Of a stretch of 64,000 bases of DNA, positions 56,471-64,000 are shown in pieces. Origin of the DNA: Epithemia pelagica. Lineage: Eukaryota; Protista; Bacillariophyta. The translations under genes and the position numbers were made by a program. The notes under the pieces are model-generated. The model saw nothing but the letters and a program-made list of their open reading frames with translations. It ran no database searches and was not told where the DNA came from. Position 1 is the first letter of the stretch; every line of letters begins with the position of its first letter. The stretch is taken from positions 186,001 to 250,000 of the forward strand of contig OX337232.1 of assembly GCA_946965045.2 (NCBI GenBank), read 5' to 3'.

Positions 56471-59400
56471 TTACAAACTGACTGGATTCCCTTCGGCCAA
56501 GAGTTTGACCGTGCGAGCAAATTCTTCGGCTTGTGGCAAGGACATTTGGGTCAATTCCAGTGTTTCGGGATTGTCCTCCTTGGGGGCATGGTAGGGCACT
56601 TCGGCCAACATTTGCGCCAATTGTCGTTCTTCCGGAACACTGCCCCGTTCGTACAAACTCATGAGCATCAAATCCCCATCGGTATGCATGGCGGCACAAT
56701 AGGCCTTGCCCAAGCGCAAACAACAGGCGGCCGACACCTTGGCCGCCATGAATTCGTTCGACGTCGTCGTATTATTAGTTTTGGGTGAGTGTTCCAAGTA
56801 ACGCGTCAAGGTCCACATGATGGAATCCAAAATGCCTTCTTCCACCAACAAGCGGGCCCGTGTCTTGTCCTTGGCCAAGATCAAAATTTCTTCCATGGCT
56901 TCCATTTTTTCATCGTGCGTCGTACTGGGACTGGCCAAGACACCCAACCACGCCCGTGGTTGATCGGCTGGACTCAAACTGTAAATTTGACTCACGGGAA
57001 TCATATTGTTCGTCGTATTGGGTATGGCTGTCGGTGCAGCAGCAATACGAAAGAGCAGCAACAAGGACACAAGAGAGCAAACCACAGCACAATGCCATTT
57101 ATCCGTGAGAAACAACCGTCTCCCGATACTCACATACACAACACAACCGTCGCTTGACTTACATGCACCGCCACTCCCCTCTCGCAGAAAGGCCGTGTCA
57201 TTGTTGTTAAAACCCAATGCAGTGTTGCTGCCATGGTTGTTGTAACTGTTGTTGTGGTTGGCATTCCCCTGCAAGGATGCTGGGTTGCGACTGTCCATCC
57301 CCGATGGAGTGGCGTATTGTGAAAATTGCGCCGACCGAGGATTCCCCATATGATGATGATTGGGTGGATTCATCATCATCATGTTGTGGTTGTTGCCATT
57401 GTAGCCATCGTTGCTGCTACTGTTCATGTTGGAATGGTAGGGATGATGATGATGGTGATTGCCCGTACCATGGTGATGATGATGATATCCACCATTGGGG
57501 CCATTGGCCGGTCCACCTCCCACACCATCCATATCGGCATAGGGATCGTCACGAGAATTCATACCACCAATCGGGGGATGATTGTCTACAAAGGCACCGC
57601 CTGGTCCCCCCGGAATATTGACATGGTTGTTTCCATTGCCATTGTTGTTGTATGTTCCATCCCCTCCCAAAAAGCTGGAATTGTCCATGAGATGGGGACC
57701 ATCTCCACCATCGGCGGGGCCCGTCAGACAGGATTGAACGTCGACCGGAACATGTTCGGCCAAACCGGAGTCTTTGTACGTATTGGCACAGGAATTGGAC
57801 AAGGATTCCGAGGCTTGGACGGCCGTGTCCGATACACCCTGTAGGGCACGACCCGCCTTTTCGTTCATGACGGTCCGTTGTTCTTCGGGAATTTGCATGA
57901 CACCCACGCCAATGCCCACCGCTGCCGCACCAACCAACAACCCTACAGGTCCCATGACCACACAGCCCAATGTCGCCGCAATGCCCACCCCACAGGCCGT
58001 TTGAGCCATGCCCGAAGACAGATCAGGACCGCCGTGCGTAGCCGCCTTGGCGGCCGCAACCGCCTTTTGACGCGCACGGGTTTCTGCTTCCAACTTTCGC
58101 CGTTGCGCATAACTGACACTTTGTTGACTCCCGGTATCATCATTGTTGTTGTTCATGTTGTTGGTGTTGTTATTACTGCCCAGAGGACCATATTGGTGGT
58201 TGGTATTGGGNNNNNNNNNNNNNNNNNNNNNNNNNNNNNNNNNNNNNNNNNNNNNNNNNNNNNNNNNNNNNNNNNNNNNNNNNNNNNNNNNNNNNNNNNN
58301 NNNNNNNNNNNNNNNNNNNNNNNNNNNNNNNNNNNNNNNNNNNNNNNNNNNNNNNNNNNNNNNNNNNNNNNNNNNNNNNNNNNNNNNNNNNNNNNNNNNN
58401 NNNNNNNNNNGTTGCAAGTCCTCCAACTCGGAACTGGAGCTTCCCGATACTCCATTTCTTCGGTTTCGATTCGAAGTGCTGTTGTTCCCCAGTAGTAATG
58501 CCTTGTCCGACTTTTCTTCTTCTTCTCCATGATCCTTGTGATCGCCGCGATGGGTTCGCGACGACGAAGAATGATGATTGGTTGGTGTTCCAATATAACT
58601 ACCACTTGCCCCACCTCCTAAATCACTATAGGTATCGTCATATTCGTGAGCACCAATGACGTCTTCCGCAGCTTCCAACTCATTGGTGCCCAAAATTTGT
58701 CGCACACTGGTCAAGGTCATTTCTTCATCGTCCGCCACGGGCGGTCCCTGCCCCGTCGTGGTATTAGTATTCGTACCTCCCGGAACCGTATTCGTGTTAT
58801 TGTGGCCTTGGGATGCACCTTGTGCTTTCCCCGGTGAGGCCAGAATTTGCGACGACGAGGTAGAAGCCTGTCGTCGATGATGTTGCAATTGTTGATGAAC
58901 GGGCAAACTCACATTGGATTCCGTCGTGGTCACCGGAGAGTCATTGTCGGTTTCTCGATCCCCCGGTGGAGGCAATTGTACAGTCGCGGGTGTTGTCGTG
59001 GAAGAGGAGGATGGTGCCACGGCGGCGGCGGCATGTGATGGTTGAGATTGAGACAGAGGAGGAACCGCACCCAAACTCGTAGCCGTCGTTGTTGTGGTTG
59101 TGTTTTTCTTCTGATTGGCGGCAGTACTACTGTCCAATGCCTTTGGTTTGCTGGCATCGTTGTTGTTGGGATTCGACGCGGTGCTGGAGGGTCGTCGAGA
59201 TGCCGAGGAAGACCGTCGTTTGGAGGATGCCGATTTGGAGGAGGCTGGTGGTTGCTCTTGCGGTTGGTGTAGTTGTGATGTTTGTTGGTTCGTCCGTTTC
59301 TCACCCGTACTACTACTACTAGTGCCGCCCGTCTGTTTCGGGTTTGTGGCTGGGAGTGGTTGCGACAAAGGAGTTACACCGCCTCGTTTGGAAGAAGAAG

Positions 59401-60556
59401 ATGCTTGCGGCGGTGGAGCTTGTTGTTGGTGTGCTTGTGCTTGTTGTTGTTGCTGCTGTGCTTGGACACTGGATCGATTCCAAAGGGTCGTATTGGATCG
59501 TGCCTTGGTGACTCGTTGTTGCAGTTTCGTCATGGACGTGGCACCACTGGGCCGTGCCGGACTGTGGTTGGTAGAAGTAGTTGTTGTGGTGACGGCCGAG
59601 GGTGTGGTTGTGGTGGTGGTTGGAGTGTTGTTGTTGTGGGACGTGGGTTCGACCGACGGCGTGCGTCGATGTCGTCGGCGCGACGATGTTCGACTGGTCG
59701 TTGTGGTTGCGGACGAGGAGGATCGACCCCGTGTCGTCCCAGTGGTGGTGGTACTACCAGCTGTCGTAGAACTTGTCGTCGTTGTCGTCGTTGTTGCCGC
59801 CGTACCTGCGACTCGCGCATGTCGATGTTGTTCTTGTTGTTGTTGCAAGGTGGCCAAGGTTCGTCGGGGAAACAAGGCTTGTTGTTGTTGTTGTGATGCT
59901 TGTTGTTCCGACGACGATGATGACGACGACAAGGCAGCTGTTGTTGTGGATGCCGGTTGTTGTCGCAGTGTTGGTGCTGGTTGTGGTTGTGGTTGTGCTT
60001 GTCGAGTCAAGGAAGCAGCCGCTTGTTGTGGTTGTTGTTGTGGTTTTTGTTGCAAGGATGCATGCTGTGATGAATGCGGCAAAGAAGACGAAGAAGATGC
60101 GGTCGTCATTGGTTTGGACGCTGAATCTCCTCCTCCTCCTTTTCGTCGACCTCGACTGGTTGAAGCCGACCGCAACGAGGATGAGGAGGATGGTTGTTGT
60201 TGTTGCCGCAATCGTTGAATGCGACTTTGAGAGGCCAAACTGGTCGTAGTGGTCGTCGTACTATTCGTTGCCGGTGCGGCACTTGTGGCCGGTGGTTGCT
60301 CTGGTCGGACCATGGTCAAACATGCCGATTTGCCTTCCATTCGACTGCTCGACTCTCCTGCTGCGGTTGTTGTGGGTGTTGCTCTAGGGGCTGTCTTGTG
60401 GTTGTGTTGGGAGGTACTACTACTCGTACCGTGCAGGGACTTGCTGCCTCCAGCCCCACTCGTGTGATGGTTGGCGTGGTTATTGCTGCTGTTGCTGCTG
60501 CTCGGATGGTTGGTTCGACCTTCCAAGGTGGCAATGCGATTCTTGACATTCATCAT
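56471..60556 (-). CDS. Large low-complexity hypothetical protein with a central hydrophobic hairpin and a helical (ARM-like) C-terminal domain; spans an assembly gap
   Basis: S/T/Q-rich N-terminus; GVGIAATLGCVVMGPVGLLVGAAAVGIGVG; AMEEILILAKD..LVEEGILDSIMW. Probable 135-bp in-frame intron at 57162-57028. Continuity across the Ns is unproven. Confidence 0.65.
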   Translation of the reverse strand: MMNVKNRIATLEGRTNHPSSSNSSNNHANHHTSGAGGSKSLHGTSSSTSQHNHKTAPRATPTTTAAGESSSRMEGKSACLTMVRPEQPPATSAAPATNSTTTTTTSLASQSRIQRLRQQQQPSSSSSLRSASTSRGRRKGGGGDSASKPMTTASSSSSLPHSSQHASLQQKPQQQPQQAAASLTRQAQPQPQPAPTLRQQPASTTTAALSSSSSSSEQQASQQQQQALFPRRTLATLQQQQEQHRHARVAGTAATTTTTTTSSTTAGSTTTTGTTRGRSSSSATTTTSRTSSRRRHRRTPSVEPTSHNNNTPTTTTTTPSAVTTTTTSTNHSPARPSGATSMTKLQQRVTKARSNTTLWNRSSVQAQQQQQQAQAHQQQAPPPQASSSSKRGGVTPLSQPLPATNPKQTGGTSSSSTGEKRTNQQTSQLHQPQEQPPASSKSASSKRRSSSASRRPSSTASNPNNNDASKPKALDSSTAANQKKNTTTTTTATSLGAVPPLSQSQPSHAAAAVAPSSSSTTTPATVQLPPPGDRETDNDSPVTTTESNVSLPVHQQLQHHRRQASTSSSQILASPGKAQGASQGHNNTNTVPGGTNTNTTTGQGPPVADDEEMTLTSVRQILGTNELEAAEDVIGAHEYDDTYSDLGGGASGSYIGTPTNHHSSSSRTHRGDHKDHGEEEEKSDKALLLGNNSTSNRNRRNGVSGSSSSELEDLQXXXXXXXXXXXXXXXXXXXXXXXXXXXXXXXXXXXXXXXXXXXXXXXXXXXXXXXXXXXXXXXXXXXPNTNHQYGPLGSNNNTNNMNNNNDDTGSQQSVSYAQRRKLEAETRARQKAVAAAKAATHGGPDLSSGMAQTACGVGIAATLGCVVMGPVGLLVGAAAVGIGVGVMQIPEEQRTVMNEKAGRALQGVSDTAVQASESLSNSCANTYKDSGLAEHVPVDVQSCLTGPADGGDGPHLMDNSSFLGGDGTYNNNGNGNNHVNIPGGPGGAFVDNHPPIGGMNSRDDPYADMDGVGGGPANGPNGGYHHHHHGTGNHHHHHPYHSNMNSSSNDGYNGNNHNMMMMNPPNHHHMGNPRSAQFSQYATPSGMDSRNPASLQGNANHNNSYNNHGSNTALGFNNNDTAFLREGSGGACKSSDGCVVYVSIGRRLFLTDKWHCAVVCSLVSLLLLFRIAAAPTAIPNTTNNMIPVSQIYSLSPADQPRAWLGVLASPSTTHDEKMEAMEEILILAKDKTRARLLVEEGILDSIMWTLTRYLEHSPKTNNTTTSNEFMAAKVSAACCLRLGKAYCAAMHTDGDLMLMSLYERGSVPEERQLAQMLAEVPYHAPKEDNPETLELTQMSLPQAEEFARTVKLLAEGNPVSL
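58211..58410. other. Assembly gap (200 N)
   Basis: Run of N characters. Confidence 1.
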
Positions 60557-62104
60557 GATGGTGTAGTAGTATATAGTACAGTCCGTAACAGTCTTATCTC
60601 GAATCGTCCCACACACACACAGAATCACACTGAGAGAGACGAAGGCTTTCCTTCAACGGACCGTCCGTGTGGGATGCCAGCCACCAAAGAGAGGTGCAGC
60701 CGGTTCCACGGCAATTCACTCGTACTTGTTGTATTTATTTATTTTTTCGGAGACCCTCCAACTTTTTTTGCCAACCAAGTGTTGCTTTTCTTCGTGTTGC
60801 CATTCACCACACGTTCCACATGGAGGGGTTTTGCAAACAGAGAGAGAGAGAGAGAGAGAGCAGCAACTACCTATATCGATACGATTGGATGGGATCAATG
60901 CGATATGGACGCAGAGGGGCTTTGTCGTCTGTCTTGAGTGGCTTGAGATTTTCCTCGAGCTAGTAGGTTCTTTGGTGAATTGAATATCAAGACAGTATAA
61001 CCTTCTCTTTCTCAGTTGGGACTTGTCTTTTCTATTGTTGTTGCTAGTGGGACCCAGTATTTCCTCTTGTTGTCAACCGAACACAGTCCGAACTCTTGGC
61101 CCACAAAATATTCATCCAGCGAACACGCAATAATGGTCTTGTCTATGAGTCGATCGACCCCTAACTACAACATAGTTTACGTGTCCGTTGAATGGGGCAG
61201 CGGCGTCTCCCTGCGAAAAAAGAATCGCCCTGCGCGGACAGCGCTTCTGCAGTCAGCCGTTGGAAATTTCGAGCGGTTCTCAATGGAATCACCCAATACA
61301 TCGTCTCTAATTTGAGTCAACTAGAACCACTGGAAAGTACTTGTCCAGACGCGTTCCTGGCCGTGCACTCCTCGGAACACCCAATGAGAGGGGGGCTTGG
61401 CATTCTCGGCCGACGTCGGAATGTCGGACGCCGAATTCAACTGACCGAGCTACCTAGGTGGGCAGGATCCTCCTACTCTTGGTAGTAAGCGTAGACTATC
61501 ATCGGGGTAACGATTCGGCCTCTAATACCTCTCTTGTAGAGCATCACCAAGTACCAAGTCATGAAAGAGATGGATACCAGCAGGGGTTCCGCTCTACCTT
61601 GTAGTAGAGAGACATAAGATGGCATTGTTGTCAAGAACCATGGGTAGTGGAAATGGGAGACAGACAACGCGTACTACCGCTATCTTCTGCAACACAGGGG
61701 CTTGCAACCATCGATCCATGGTGTCTCTCTCAGAAGACTCCTTCAATTACCTCCAGGTAGTTTCAGAGAACCGAGCTACACAACTCTCTCTTCTATGGAC
61801 CAAACCAAACAACAAGTGTACAATAGATAGATCCTTCTTATCATGATTGGGTGAAACAGAACTGCTGGGAATCGAATGGTCCAGATCCACTGGGGAATGT
61901 TTTCATTCGTCTCCTTACTACCTACTTACTCTATCTTTTACTATACTCCTCTATTCGTGGAACGTGTTCCTCCTGCGCTTTGGTTTTGGTCTCACTGTGT
62001 TTGCCTTTCTTTTTGCATTCTTGTGTACAGTTTGTCGCAAAACATTCTACCGCCACTTCTCTCTCTTTCGCTCTCTTTCTCTTTTCCTTGATTCCATGGG
62101 TTCT

Positions 62105-63820
62105 TTACCACAAGGAGGACGGTGCCGCCTCTCCCGCCACGAGCCACAATCCCACGACAGCCACAACACCCAACATGGCCAAGACCAATTGTTGCGTGGC
62201 ATCATCGTCCTCGTCTCGTGATGTTGTTGTGACACTGCCCAACAAGTCTTCGACGGTTTCTTCCTCTTCCTCCTCATTTTCATGGTCAAACATCATCAAG
62301 AGGGGTTCTTCCAGGGAACCTTGCGCGTCGGGAACTTGTTGTCGTCCATTGGCGTGACGCGTGTTGGCTCTTCGGTCAGGACCACGAACTTGGTGCTCTT
62401 GCAATCGGTCTTGTTGTTGCTGTGGTGGTGGCGGTCTTGGACGCAATGGCGATGGTGGTGAGGTCCACTCGGGGTTTTCCTCTGCCTCTCTTTGTAACGG
62501 GTTCGCTGGCCGTGCGGCTGCTGCGGGTGGAGCATGGTTCTCGTTTCCTTGTTGTTGTGGTCGATTGGCCGGGGCATCCGGGTCCTGGTGGTCTTGGACC
62601 AAAGGACGCAGTGCTGGTTCTTCCTCCATTAGTGGCTGTGGATGGAGTTGTCCCTCTCCATCGTTGCGTTCCAGTAGTGGCAAATGCTCTGCATGTCGTT
62701 GTCGCCGTGGAGGCGACACGGGCTCTCTTTCATTGGCAGGCTGTACATCGACACCATTCGGATTCTCTCCATTTGGATCCAAGGACTCCTCCTCCTCCTC
62801 CTCCTCGTCGTCACTGTCATCGTTTGGATCGCGATACCAATCCGGTTCTTCTTCTTCGTGTCGTTCCACTACAACCGCTGCTGCAGCTGCAGCATTGCGT
62901 CGAGACGTTGGTGATAATGATGATTGTTGTTGTTGCTGTTGCATGTGGGAACCATGAGCAGAAGCACTGGTGGAATGGTCATTATTATTGAGAGATGGGT
63001 CCTGTTCTTGATCCCACATCCATTCCGTCTCTTCGTCTTCTTGTTGTTGTTGTTCTCGGCCACTGTGGGAAGTCTCGTGCGATGCCGACGGTTCGAATTG
63101 GTCGGTCGCGGCATGGAGGGGATAAACATTCAAGACGCGAACCACCACGACATGACTCTCCTCGTTGTTTCTCATCCGATGCGGCGATCCTCCGTGTCGT
63201 TGTTTTCGTCGTCGTCCATGGGGAGACCCACGGCTCGGGCTCTCATGCCCGTGCGAGGCCGCCGGATATTCTTGAACCAAGACGACAGTTCCTGTATCCA
63301 AATTTTCGTATCGAAAACACAAATTCGATTCTAGAGTGGAGGTGTTGCGTAGTGGAGACGAGGCTTTCTTTTTCGTGCTGGTTGGATCGTAGTGACACGG
63401 TGCTTGCAATTCGGGAAAGTCATGCTCGTCGTCGTCATTATTGTCGTGCTCCAGGGATGATTCGTCGTCCTCATCATCGTCATCTTGTTGCAATTCCAGG
63501 GGACGCTGTCCAATCAAAATCATGCCCTGTTGCAAGGTTGTGAGCACGAGTGCATTGGAAATGCCATATCGGGCTTGTTCCTCCAAGGCTCGTTTCGTTC
63601 GCACGATAATGCGTTGGTGCGGTCGTTTGGTTCTGGCAGTTCGTTGCGGAGACGCGGGTCTCTTTTGATCCAACCACGACCAATGCGCATCTGCAGTGTT
63701 GTTAGTGTCGTCTTGTTCGTCGAGCGACGAGGAAAGATTCAAGAGTTGATTCCAGACATTGGTGGTTCCATTCCTTGTTCTTCTTCTTGTTGTCGTGGTG
63801 GTTGTTTTGGTTCTGCTCAT
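62105..63820 (-). CDS. Acidic low-complexity hypothetical protein with a C-terminal transmembrane segment
   Basis: Long stop-free ORF with first ATG at 63820; LVLAMLGVVAVVGLWLVAG lies 8 residues from the stop. Confidence 0.65.
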   Translation of the reverse strand: MSRTKTTTTTTRRRTRNGTTNVWNQLLNLSSSLDEQDDTNNTADAHWSWLDQKRPASPQRTARTKRPHQRIIVRTKRALEEQARYGISNALVLTTLQQGMILIGQRPLELQQDDDDEDDESSLEHDNNDDDEHDFPELQAPCHYDPTSTKKKASSPLRNTSTLESNLCFRYENLDTGTVVLVQEYPAASHGHESPSRGSPHGRRRKQRHGGSPHRMRNNEESHVVVVRVLNVYPLHAATDQFEPSASHETSHSGREQQQQEDEETEWMWDQEQDPSLNNNDHSTSASAHGSHMQQQQQQSSLSPTSRRNAAAAAAVVVERHEEEEPDWYRDPNDDSDDEEEEEEESLDPNGENPNGVDVQPANEREPVSPPRRQRHAEHLPLLERNDGEGQLHPQPLMEEEPALRPLVQDHQDPDAPANRPQQQGNENHAPPAAAARPANPLQREAEENPEWTSPPSPLRPRPPPPQQQQDRLQEHQVRGPDRRANTRHANGRQQVPDAQGSLEEPLLMMFDHENEEEEEETVEDLLGSVTTTSRDEDDDATQQLVLAMLGVVAVVGLWLVAGEAAPSSLW

Positions 63821-64000
63821 GGTTTGTACTAGCGAGTCACAGCCTCGACAAGGAAGCCTTCCAACAACTGCAACGACAAGTTCCAACCGCAACCAAACAC
63901 CAGGGAGAGGAGACTGTGAATGGGGTGGTGCTGCCGCAACGAGAATGAGAAGGTCCCGGCACGAGATGATTTCTCGCGAGTTCTCCGCAAGAAGCACCAG

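Overview
Eukaryotic nuclear DNA, most likely from a pennate diatom (short GT-AG introns, CoDi-type copia elements, Q/T/N/K-rich low-complexity proteins). The species cannot be determined from sequence alone. Host genes: two tandem secreted dirigent/AOC-barrel-like genes, a large rhamnosyltransferase-like membrane protein, four HMG-box paralogs (two disrupted), two PHYHD1-like dioxygenases, RPN3, SLD5 and two low-complexity hypothetical proteins. Mobile DNA occupies 1-2933 and most of 29-52 kb. It includes a copia 5' end, a LINE relic, several MITEs, an hAT deletion derivative and a TTAA-flanked piggyBac carrying a convergent P2X7-C-terminal-like passenger gene. There is also an 11.9-kb LTR element with non-canonical TC..GA termini, a CAGTC target duplication and an apparent half-tRNA-Asn primer site. 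Inside that element sits the best candidate for an undescribed system: an intact RAG1/Transib-like DDE transposase lying tail-to-tail with an unknown partner gene. All family assignments are from motif recognition by eye; no searches were run.
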